Origin: Bdellovibrionales bacterium RIFOXYD12_FULL_39_22 | GTDB lineage: Bacteria > Bdellovibrionota > Bacteriovoracia > Bacteriovoracales > Bacteriovoracaceae | Direction of reading: 5' to 3' | Length of the DNA stretch: 64,000 nucleotides | Assembly: GCA_001770205.1 (NCBI GenBank) | Contig: MEQL01000037.1 | Span: 1-64,000 of the forward strand | Shown here: positions 29,255 to 37,826 of the stretch, piece by piece | Layout: every line of letters begins with the position of its first letter | Position numbering within the stretch: position 1 is the first letter of the stretch | Translations under genes and position numbers: made by a program | Notes under the pieces: generated by a model | The model's input: only the letters and a program-made list of their open reading frames with translations | Databases searched by the model: none | What the model was told of the DNA's origin: nothing

Positions 29255-30451
29255 ATGAAGGTTTTGCTTATTGTTTTCGTTGCTTGTGTCTTTTGTGGTT
29301 GTGCGACTCTCGGTAAGCGTATTCCTGCGCAAATGTCGGATGCTTTTGTTGGTAATCACGCTTGTAGAGATGCGGCCATCAATCTTCTTGAAAAATCTTT
29401 TCTGAATCCACGAGAATACCCGATTAACACTAATCTAAAAACGTTTTTTTTTGAAGCATTAGAAAAAGATTCGGTAGAATCATATAAAACAACAAGACGT
29501 ACTTTTTGGGAACACTATGCCAATGAGTATTTATCTTTTTCTTTGCGCCCTTTTGGAACTTACGAAAAGGTTGTGATAAAAAATGAATTTCCTCAAATAC
29601 CTATTATTACAATCAATAAAGGTCTTTCTTCTCAGACGATTATGAAACGCCTGGCCCAATTGATAACAATGAGCAAATTTCGCAGCGGACAAATAACAAA
29701 GGATAAGGTACCGGCCATATTTAAAGATCGGTGTCTAAAGTTTGGTAATATGGATGGAGAAACTATGGCATTTCTTCATCCGGGAATATGGAAAGAATTA
29801 AGTCAGGAGCTTGCATTTAGTGATATTGTTCAATTTGGGCCACAGGAAAATGCGTATAATAATATTTCTGCGATATTTGCAATTTTACTAAATGAATACC
29901 GATTTAGAAGAAATTTTTCAGAAAATCGCCTGAAGTGGATCATGGACTCTGAAAAAACATTAGAGATTGATCGAATGATTTTTTTTCAGGTAGAAAACGA
30001 TGATGGGTGGTTGGAGGAGTTTATTCGGATTTATCGAGGGGATGGTATTGATTTTTTACTTCCTCTTGAACGACATGCGCAAATCTCTGTGCCAGAAAAA
30101 AATAAAATTGAAATTGGGCGCGCGTTATCGCTAAAATTTAATGAAACACAAGACAAAACTTTCGCGGATATTATGATAGAGATTGGAACATTTATAGATA
30201 AGGCCTATCTTTCAAAGGGTGAAGAAGTTGGTGTTTACATTCATACCGATGCCATCGGGAAGCGCGCATTTAGTAAATATGGTTTTGAGGATTTTGCTGG
30301 CCCGATGGGAGAAGACGAATATGTTATGCGAATGAGTGGAGATAAACTTAAAGAGAAATATGGCAGTCGCTATCCATATTGGCAAAAAATCCTCAACGAA
30401 AAACCACAAATAAAATCTGAAATGCCTAATCGAAAAGACCTATTTGACTAA
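29255..30451 (+). CDS. Hypothetical lipoprotein, possible C-terminal GNAT-like domain
   Basis: Lipobox FCGC; C-terminal IEIGRA...VYIHT...RAFSKYGF pattern resembles a GNAT fold. Confidence 0.6.
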   Translation: MKVLLIVFVACVFCGCATLGKRIPAQMSDAFVGNHACRDAAINLLEKSFLNPREYPINTNLKTFFFEALEKDSVESYKTTRRTFWEHYANEYLSFSLRPFGTYEKVVIKNEFPQIPIITINKGLSSQTIMKRLAQLITMSKFRSGQITKDKVPAIFKDRCLKFGNMDGETMAFLHPGIWKELSQELAFSDIVQFGPQENAYNNISAIFAILLNEYRFRRNFSENRLKWIMDSEKTLEIDRMIFFQVENDDGWLEEFIRIYRGDGIDFLLPLERHAQISVPEKNKIEIGRALSLKFNETQDKTFADIMIEIGTFIDKAYLSKGEEVGVYIHTDAIGKRAFSKYGFEDFAGPMGEDEYVMRMSGDKLKEKYGSRYPYWQKILNEKPQIKSEMPNRKDLFD

Positions 30452-30505
30452 AGACTAAAATGCCTGATTTATTTTATAGTAGTCCTGGGCATTAAGTAGT
30501 AGTTA

Positions 30506-31399
30506 TCAAAATTTTAAAAGGGTCTGTTCGTTGATTGGAAATTGATGTGTGCCTTCACTGGTGCAGGCATATGCTCCAGAAATATTCCCAAACAACATGC
30601 ATCTTTCTATTGGTTGTTTGTGACAGTGGCCATACAGGAAGCTTGCGACAAAGGCATCTCCTGCCCCGTTGGTATCGATAATATCTTTTCCAATATCAAT
30701 GGCCGGAAAGTGTTGCAATAAAATGCCATCTCGCACGGAAAGATAGGCACCATCTTTACCGGCCATAATAATAATATATTTTGCTATCCCATTATTAAAA
30801 ATATCTAAAATAATCGCCTTTCGTTTGTTCGAGATTCTGACGTCACTCAAAAAAACAATATCAGCGAAGTAGGCAAAGTCTCGATGATAATTGTTTTTTC
30901 CATCCCAATCATGAAGATCGGTAGAAGTAGAACCGCTAAAAGCTTTGATTGTTTTGAAGGTTTGTTTGACATAATCCATGATAGAAAGATGAACATGCGC
31001 AGTATCTGGCAATAATAGATTTAAATATTGTTCGAGGGCCGCTGACTCAACTTCACTATGACGTGGATCATAAAACGACATTCTTTGACCTTTCTTATCG
31101 ACAAAATTAACACTTCTTTTTGTGCCGGCCGAGGTGAGGCAATAGGAAAATGGAATTTGGGCCTTTTCAAAATCTTTTTTGATCAAATCTCCCCCCCAAT
31201 CATCTCCAATAAGATCTAAAAGATGGGTGCGCATTCCCAGAAAATGACAACCGCGTACTACTCCATTACCTGTATGCGCCACATATTCTTTTATCGGGCC
31301 AACCAATAGAGCATCTTGATATTGAATCGGGAAGGTGTTGATCTTTATGATCTGGTCGATCCCCACTCCTCCGACTACTAAGACATCAATTTTCTTCAC
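30506..31399 (-). CDS. PfkB/ribokinase-family kinase, acarbose 7-kinase (AcbK/Mak)-like
   Basis: DVLVVGGVGID, AGTKRSVN, STDLHDWDG, DTNGAGDAF motifs are collinear with AcbK as recalled. GTG start 31399 with AAGGAG RBS. Confidence 0.85.
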   Translation of the reverse strand: MKKIDVLVVGGVGIDQIIKINTFPIQYQDALLVGPIKEYVAHTGNGVVRGCHFLGMRTHLLDLIGDDWGGDLIKKDFEKAQIPFSYCLTSAGTKRSVNFVDKKGQRMSFYDPRHSEVESAALEQYLNLLLPDTAHVHLSIMDYVKQTFKTIKAFSGSTSTDLHDWDGKNNYHRDFAYFADIVFLSDVRISNKRKAIILDIFNNGIAKYIIIMAGKDGAYLSVRDGILLQHFPAIDIGKDIIDTNGAGDAFVASFLYGHCHKQPIERCMLFGNISGAYACTSEGTHQFPINEQTLLKF

Positions 31400-31409
31400 T
31401 ACGGTCTCC

Positions 31410-32678
31410 TTAAAAAATTTGTCGAAAAAGCTCATCACTCATTTTTAGTTCAGAAAAATAGGAATGAATTTTATTTTGGGCCTTTATCATTGGGTTAATT
31501 ACACCGGCCTCCATTATGATATCTTTATCCTTTGCCAGAATCCCTTGCAGTAATAATAATTCCGCCTTTTTTAATTGTCTTAGGTGTGGATAGGTTCTTT
31601 CGTCTATGCCAATTTTTGCACTATAATCTTTTATTTCGAATGTTCCCCCAGCAAAAGACACGTTCGTTTCGACAATAGTGTCTTTTGTACCCAGTGCGAA
31701 GGGATCACTCTTTAAGGATACATTTAAAATGTGATTCCCTGAGCTATCCAGGATATTTTTTATCAGAGGAACCACCGCTAGTAAGTACCAATCACTGGAT
31801 CTTTTTCGTAGGATGGGAGGAACTTGAAATATGCTTGGCCGTTTATTATCCATGTTTTTATAAAATTCATGTTCGATATCAACAAGTAGTTGGGCGCGAT
31901 TTATGCTTTGCTTGTTTTGCTTTCCAATTATAATTTCTGGATTGAAGATAATATCCCAATTAGGGATCATCAGCGCAGGAAAAAGACTTTGATCTTTTGC
32001 TTTTGGCCGGAAGGGCGTTTCTTGGTTATGTTTTACAAAATCCGCATAGATTGATTTGCCATCAAGATAAATATCCCAAACTGAGGCGATATGATTTAAT
32101 CCAAAGTAGTCAATTGTCAGCTTTGTCTGATCAATACCCATATAGTTGGCAATCGCATTTTTGAGGCCAAGAGGATAGTCACAAACGCCAATCATGTTCA
32201 GGCCAAAGCTAGCAACTGCGTATTGCGTGATAATGCTACAGGGGTTGGTAAAGTTAATCAGGTGATATCTATTTTTTTTCCCTGACAGCATCTCAAAATA
32301 GGGGGTGATACCCGTAATGGCGCGGATGGCATTTGACATTCCGACTATTCCTAGCGTCTCATCTGCGATCAGTTGATTTTTTATTGCAATTTTTTCATCG
32401 AGATTGCGCTTTTCTATCCCACCAAAACGAATCTGGTTAAAAATGATATCGTAATCTGATGATAGTGAATGTTCAAAAGTAGTAGAAAAATTAATTCTCA
32501 CTGCATAGCGGTGTTCCAGCGGTGACAATAAGGACACCAGATACTTTAATTTTTTTTCATCTCTTCCAAATAGCGTAATGAGATGGAACGAATCAAGACA
32601 TTCGCTCTGTACTAGCGCTTCAAATAGAAGGGGGATATAGATGCTACTACCTCCCCAGATGGCAAGCCCTTTTTTCAT
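31410..32678 (-). CDS. GH4-family NAD+-dependent glycoside hydrolase fold protein (6-phospho-glucosidase-like, divergent)
   Basis: GGSS, QIRFGG..R..DE, ADETLG, NFTNP, GVCD, GLNH motifs. Confidence 0.85.
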   Translation of the reverse strand: MKKGLAIWGGSSIYIPLLFEALVQSECLDSFHLITLFGRDEKKLKYLVSLLSPLEHRYAVRINFSTTFEHSLSSDYDIIFNQIRFGGIEKRNLDEKIAIKNQLIADETLGIVGMSNAIRAITGITPYFEMLSGKKNRYHLINFTNPCSIITQYAVASFGLNMIGVCDYPLGLKNAIANYMGIDQTKLTIDYFGLNHIASVWDIYLDGKSIYADFVKHNQETPFRPKAKDQSLFPALMIPNWDIIFNPEIIIGKQNKQSINRAQLLVDIEHEFYKNMDNKRPSIFQVPPILRKRSSDWYLLAVVPLIKNILDSSGNHILNVSLKSDPFALGTKDTIVETNVSFAGGTFEIKDYSAKIGIDERTYPHLRQLKKAELLLLQGILAKDKDIIMEAGVINPMIKAQNKIHSYFSELKMSDELFRQIF

Positions 32679-33861
32679 ATTTAGAGGCCAAGGTTAATTT
32701 ACAATTGGAGATAATGTTCATATCTGCGATGGCCTGTCGTAAAATGGCAGGGTCAAAATCGGATATACTAAAAATGAAAGAGGCATGGCCAATATCCAAT
32801 GGGATCACCAGGTTGAAATCTCCATTTTTTCTAATGATAGTTTTTTCCACCCCCATCCATAAATTATCAAAGGTGCAAATCTCAGCGTCAAAAATTGGCA
32901 GGCCGATGTTGGTTAATAGGCCAATAATTCTTTCGAATGCTTCCAGACCTAGTTTCCCAAGCAAATAAGCAATCCGAGAAGAGATGGCCATGTCAATTGC
33001 AACGGCCTCCCCGTGCTTATAACGATAGACGCTTGTCATTTCTATTTGTGGACTAAGAGTGTGGCCAAAATCAACTAGTCGCTTTGTGTCAGTTTCATAA
33101 AGATTTGGCCGCAACTGAGCGGCCATGCCAGTGATTGAATCTGAAATTATATCGCAATCTATCTGTTTCATTTTGGAAAGATCAAATTTGTGTTGCATGA
33201 TATTTTGAAATCTCTGTTCTAGCATTTCAAAAAGTTGACGATTTAAAATGATTCCCATTTTTATCATTTCAGATAGCCCACATCGAATTTCTCGATCATT
33301 TAATGTTTTTAGGAAAGATGGATCGTTGATTGATAGTAATGGGAATTTATATGTACCGATTTCATTTTTGCTTTCATGGAAATTGACTGCGGCCTTTATG
33401 CCAACCCCTACATCAACCTGCGCAACTAATGTCGTATTTATTTTAATATAATCTACAGACTTTTTATAAATGGATGCTGCTAGCCCAACCGTATCTAAAA
33501 CAATCCCACCACCAATAGCAATAAAAATTCCTTGTCGATCAATTTTGTAATCTTGTGCCGCCTTACAAATTTCTTGAACCGTGTGGAGATTTTTATTTTC
33601 CTCTCCTGTTTTGATTTGCAAAAAATTAACATGTCCTTGAAGTGGAAAAAAGTAATTAAAATATGCTTGTATTTTTTGGCCATAAAGCTTGCTGACAGTT
33701 GGCCCAGAAATGATAAGTATTTTTCGGCCTTTGCATCTTTCATACAAAAAAGAATTTTCGGGAGAAAAAAGATTTTGACATGAAATGACCTGATAGGTTT
33801 TTAAAATACGCTCTTCAATTTGAGCGAGTTGAGTTATGCTATCATGTTTATCATCTGCCAT
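32647..33861 (-). CDS. Sedoheptulose 7-phosphate cyclase, 2-epi-5-epi-valiolone synthase (AcbC/ValA-like)
   Basis: DHQS-superfamily GGGIVLD, TTLVAQVDVGVGIK, KNEIG; EEVS-type signatures QLRPNLYE and RLVDFGH; KHGEAV. ATG 33861 with GGAG RBS. Confidence 0.88.
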   Translation of the reverse strand: MADDKHDSITQLAQIEERILKTYQVISCQNLFSPENSFLYERCKGRKILIISGPTVSKLYGQKIQAYFNYFFPLQGHVNFLQIKTGEENKNLHTVQEICKAAQDYKIDRQGIFIAIGGGIVLDTVGLAASIYKKSVDYIKINTTLVAQVDVGVGIKAAVNFHESKNEIGTYKFPLLSINDPSFLKTLNDREIRCGLSEMIKMGIILNRQLFEMLEQRFQNIMQHKFDLSKMKQIDCDIISDSITGMAAQLRPNLYETDTKRLVDFGHTLSPQIEMTSVYRYKHGEAVAIDMAISSRIAYLLGKLGLEAFERIIGLLTNIGLPIFDAEICTFDNLWMGVEKTIIRKNGDFNLVIPLDIGHASFIFSISDFDPAILRQAIADMNIISNCKLTLASKYEKRACHLGR

Positions 33862-33947
33862 AGGCAAATCTCCGTTCGATTGCGAAATAGGTACAGTCTA
33901 AAAAAAAATAAATCGTACGACAAGCTCAATAAAATAGTGTCAAAATA

Positions 33948-35147
33948 TTACAGTAGTTGCCTATATATTTCGAAAGTATCTTGTATTAACTTATCAAATT
34001 GTGGAAGTTGAAACGTGTAAGGTGTTGTTAATGGACGATTATTGATATGATTCTGAACATCTATCATTGCCTGGCAAAATCCTGTTATATCCAGTGGATT
34101 TATAATTCGGAGAGCTTCTTTTTGGCCACTATTTGGAATTAATTCCGCAATGCCACAGAATTGAGAAAGAAGCAGAGGGCGATTTAGGGTGATCGCATCG
34201 TAGGCAACCATATTAAAAGGGTCATATAAACTTGGAATTATAACAATATCACAATTTGCTAAAAATTGAAGATATGTCTTTCTATCTGATTGCCAATCAA
34301 ATAGCTGGAGCTTTTTACTTCGTATTAGTTGGTGGTAACGAATTTCATTTTCTCGGTCCAGGCATTCAGCGAGTGTTGCAAAGCGACACTCCGAAAAATT
34401 ATTCATTACGAAAAGCTCGCCCTCATAGTTTTGTTGATAAAGATAGAAGGCCTCAATCAATTCTTGAAGCCCTTTGCGATAATCCCAGCGCCCAGCGTAA
34501 CCAAATCTTGTGGTCTTGTGTCGGCCGTTTAAATCCTTCTGATTATTATTGTTGGCAGCACGAGAAGGCGGATAAATACAGCTCACTGGACAGCTAAAAT
34601 TTCGGTGATAAAGCTCTGCAATTTTCTGGTCAAACCGACTATTAAAAATTAGATGATCTGCGCAATCAAACATATCCTTTTGTGCTGTTACTGATTGATT
34701 AAAATTTGTTTTTTTTGTATTTTTGTTAATGATGTATTCATGCTGGATGATGGAAGAAATCCAGTAGATGATCTTTGGCCGAATGCCAGGAGTTGCCTTC
34801 AAGCGCTTTATTAGCGATCCCCAAAAATAGCTAACAGAGATAACTAGATCAAAAGATTTGAGCTTCGCAAAAATTTCATCACCACAATCAAAACAATTAA
34901 CACTCTCAAATTGTACTTCATTGTAATAGTCATTTATTTCAAAATTTTCCATCGTCTTTTTATATGAAATATCATCACGGCCACTCTCAATATGTGAAAA
35001 TATTTTGATGGCGGATAGATTAAAATTATGGTTAATTTGTTCCAAGAGGAGCGAAACGTAGTAATTTATCGCTAGGTTGTGGCCCTTAAGATAATTCAGG
35101 GACAAAAAAGCAATCGATATTTTTTTTTCCTCTTTAACTTGCTTCAT
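33948..35147 (-). CDS. GT-B (GT4-like) glycosyltransferase
   Basis: YAGRWDYRKG and IPSLYDPFNMVAYDA C-terminal motifs. Confidence 0.82.
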   Translation of the reverse strand: MKQVKEEKKISIAFLSLNYLKGHNLAINYYVSLLLEQINHNFNLSAIKIFSHIESGRDDISYKKTMENFEINDYYNEVQFESVNCFDCGDEIFAKLKSFDLVISVSYFWGSLIKRLKATPGIRPKIIYWISSIIQHEYIINKNTKKTNFNQSVTAQKDMFDCADHLIFNSRFDQKIAELYHRNFSCPVSCIYPPSRAANNNNQKDLNGRHKTTRFGYAGRWDYRKGLQELIEAFYLYQQNYEGELFVMNNFSECRFATLAECLDRENEIRYHQLIRSKKLQLFDWQSDRKTYLQFLANCDIVIIPSLYDPFNMVAYDAITLNRPLLLSQFCGIAELIPNSGQKEALRIINPLDITGFCQAMIDVQNHINNRPLTTPYTFQLPQFDKLIQDTFEIYRQLL

Positions 35148-35233
35148 ATTTAGGTCAAATTATTTCTTATGCTGTCAACAACGTCAATAGCGTGTATATA
35201 TTAGTTTGATCTGTTAAAAATTAGAGGTGGTTC

Positions 35234-36832
35234 ATGCATATAGTTGAGTGTTTTATCGAGGCCGGTGGTTTTGACTATAATCTTATTCGAGGTGGGATCT
35301 CCGTCTATATTTGGAATCTAGCACGAAAATTCAAACAACATGGCCACAAAGTATCTGTTGTTACGGCCGCTAACGGACAAATTCCCTATTTAAAAAGTAA
35401 GTATCATTTAAAGGAACTTAACTATAAACATCAGTATGTGCTGCCTTTAGTGCTGGATCAGGCCATTTGGAAAAATCACCCTGCCCAAGTAGACATTTCT
35501 CTTTCTACCAAGGCCTTTCAGGTGGAGATTGATGGAGTTGAATTTTATTTTTTGTCCAACGAATATTTAGATATGTATCCAGCAAGCTGCTTTCCCCCTT
35601 ATGAGAGCAAGGGGAAAGAGCTTGGTTTTTTTAAGCCAATAGTTTATCAGGTTGATGCCATAGAATTTATCAAGCAGTATTTTAAAAATGAAAAGTGCTA
35701 TTTGCATGCGCATGAGCCCTACTATCAATATCTTTTTCCCCTTGCATTTAGAGACGATAATTTAAAAGCTATGATTAGTACCGTTCAAAGTAATATGCCA
35801 ATTAATAAAAAAATATATCGTCCGAAGCTTGAAAAAATTCTATCCTTGCTGGGAATTTCCGTAGATCTAGATCAATACATGGATAAATTAGATGAGCAAG
35901 ATCCGGAAGTCATCAAAATGAGAAAAACACTACCGATCACTCATTTGTTTTATAACTATGATGATAAAAAATACATCAACTTTTACTCTCTCATGTTGGA
36001 CCATTCCGATAAGATTGATTTTCTTTCCGAAGGGCATCTGGAATTTTACACGAGCTTTGCAAACACTCCTTTTGAGTTCTTTTTTAAGAAACTCAAAGTT
36101 TCTCACTTCGTTGAAAAAAAGCGAGAGAAGTTATTTGTAGGTTGGTGTGGAACTTCCGATGAGTGGCTGAGCAAGGCCCCAGACAAAAGCGGTCGAAAAA
36201 AGACCTTGGATGCATTAGGGTTGAAAGATAATCTTCCAACATTCTATCATAACGCTCGCTTTGCTATAAACCATAAGGGGCAATATGAGCTAATGCAGGC
36301 AATTGATCGTTTCCTTTCCGCAGGAGGAGAGGCCAACTTTATAGTACGTTGTCTTTGTTCTAAAGGAATTGAATTTCCATATTTTCATGAAGTCAAAAAT
36401 AAATTCCCCCATAATGTATATCTTGAGTGGGAAACCAAGGCCGTGGAAACACTTATGCGCCACGTTTCGGCCAGCGATTTTTGTATCTTCCCTTCAAAGT
36501 TTGAAATGGATACGTTTTTAATTGCGCAGGGAGAAGCAATGTTTTTTGGACTAGTTCCAATTGCTACCAACCAAAAAGGGATGCAGCATTGGAATCATCA
36601 TCTACCGATTGAGCATCTGGAGGCCACTGGTTTTGCACTTAAGAGATCTTTTGAAGAAAATGACCAGCAATTGGTGGCAGAGATTGTCGATAGAATCAGG
36701 GATGCTATTGCTCTAAAGCAAGATGCCGCTGAAACTTATGTCAAGCTTTCCAACAATTCAAAGGAGCTGGCAAAAAAATATAGCTGGGAGCATGCCGCAC
36801 AGGCACACTTAGACGCCTTCCGCTCTATCTAA
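35234..36832 (+). CDS. Glycogen-synthase-fold (GT5-like) glycosyltransferase, AcbS-like pseudo-glycosyltransferase
   Basis: GGISVYIWNLA, PPYESKG..FFKP, HAHEP, STVQSNMPINK, FYHNARFAINHKGQ, FPSKFEMDTFLIAQGEAM match the acarbose-cluster GT as recalled; GAGGTG RBS. Confidence 0.82.
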   Translation: MHIVECFIEAGGFDYNLIRGGISVYIWNLARKFKQHGHKVSVVTAANGQIPYLKSKYHLKELNYKHQYVLPLVLDQAIWKNHPAQVDISLSTKAFQVEIDGVEFYFLSNEYLDMYPASCFPPYESKGKELGFFKPIVYQVDAIEFIKQYFKNEKCYLHAHEPYYQYLFPLAFRDDNLKAMISTVQSNMPINKKIYRPKLEKILSLLGISVDLDQYMDKLDEQDPEVIKMRKTLPITHLFYNYDDKKYINFYSLMLDHSDKIDFLSEGHLEFYTSFANTPFEFFFKKLKVSHFVEKKREKLFVGWCGTSDEWLSKAPDKSGRKKTLDALGLKDNLPTFYHNARFAINHKGQYELMQAIDRFLSAGGEANFIVRCLCSKGIEFPYFHEVKNKFPHNVYLEWETKAVETLMRHVSASDFCIFPSKFEMDTFLIAQGEAMFFGLVPIATNQKGMQHWNHHLPIEHLEATGFALKRSFEENDQQLVAEIVDRIRDAIALKQDAAETYVKLSNNSKELAKKYSWEHAAQAHLDAFRSI

Positions 36833-37825
36833 AAATATTCCCATGCCGATTAAGCAGGGCTCTTTTTCGCTTGCTAATGTAAACATGGTTTCGACTTGAT
36901 TTTCGTTTAATCCAAACAACGCAAATCGTTTAATTTGTTTTATGAGTGAGCTTAGGTAACGCGTGCCAATTGCCTGCGCAAAACCACCGAAGATTATATA
37001 GCGCCGAATACCGATGGCCGCATAGATAAGTCCGATTGCCTCAGAAAGTGGAGCAGTCGTTTGATCTAAAATATCTGTGGTAAAAGGATCATCTTCTAAA
37101 ATGGCCTGAACAATGTGATGTGTAGTTAAGTCCTGGGCCTTAGGGCACAAAGCTGAGAGTTTTGAATTAATAAATTTTTCTGGCGATTTTGCTGATTCCA
37201 ATTTAACCTTGGCCAAAACGCCTCGACCAGAGGCAATTGCTCCCAAATGACCTTTGCCTCCACAATCACAAAGCGGAGCATTTTCAGAATGGTCGCACGT
37301 ATAGTGGCCAATTTCTCCGCCATATCCAGTATCATTAATCAAAATAGAATTATTATAAAAAACTTTGTTGCCAATTCCAGAGCTTACCGTAATGGCACAA
37401 AAGGGTTCATTTTCCGAAGAAGCAAAATACCACGTAGCGGCGCTAACGTCGTTGATGGCCACGACATCTCTTTGCATTTTTTTCTTTAAAATTTTTTTTA
37501 AATTCAAATCAATGTTTAGGTTGCCAGTTATTGTGGGGGCCCGATGAATAACCCCTTGAGGAGAGACCGGGCCGGCAAAAGCGATTCCAATTTTAGAAAA
37601 AGTAAATGAGCTGTTTTCCTCTATGTATGTTTCCATATTAAGCAATAGATGATTAATGAACTTATCTTCCAAATTATTCTGACTGTCTTGCCTAGTGGCC
37701 AAGTAATTAAGCGTTTCAATTTTTTTAATGGCAGTTATTTTTTGTACAGAGGGGATATAAGTGGCCAAGCGAAAATATGTTCCCCCAAGGTCAATAACTA
37801 GATATGCGTTTTCTTTCATAGGCAC
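36809..37825 (-). CDS. ROK-family cyclitol kinase (AcbM/ValC-like)
   Basis: DLGGT, NDVSAA, TVSSGIGNKV, GGEIGH, CDCGGKGHLGAIASGRG. Start may be ATG 37819. Confidence 0.85.
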   Translation of the reverse strand: MPMKENAYLVIDLGGTYFRLATYIPSVQKITAIKKIETLNYLATRQDSQNNLEDKFINHLLLNMETYIEENSSFTFSKIGIAFAGPVSPQGVIHRAPTITGNLNIDLNLKKILKKKMQRDVVAINDVSAATWYFASSENEPFCAITVSSGIGNKVFYNNSILINDTGYGGEIGHYTCDHSENAPLCDCGGKGHLGAIASGRGVLAKVKLESAKSPEKFINSKLSALCPKAQDLTTHHIVQAILEDDPFTTDILDQTTAPLSEAIGLIYAAIGIRRYIIFGGFAQAIGTRYLSSLIKQIKRFALFGLNENQVETMFTLASEKEPCLIGMGIFLDRAEGV

Positions 37826-37826
37826 A

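Noticed and set aside
32647..33861. 3-dehydroquinate synthase (aroB), or a mycosporine/gadusol cyclase
   Set aside because: It has PNLxE and RLVDFGH rather than the DHQS R..LNxGH or DDGS RVIAYGH motifs; no aro genes, O-methyltransferase, ATP-grasp or MT-Ox partner nearby.
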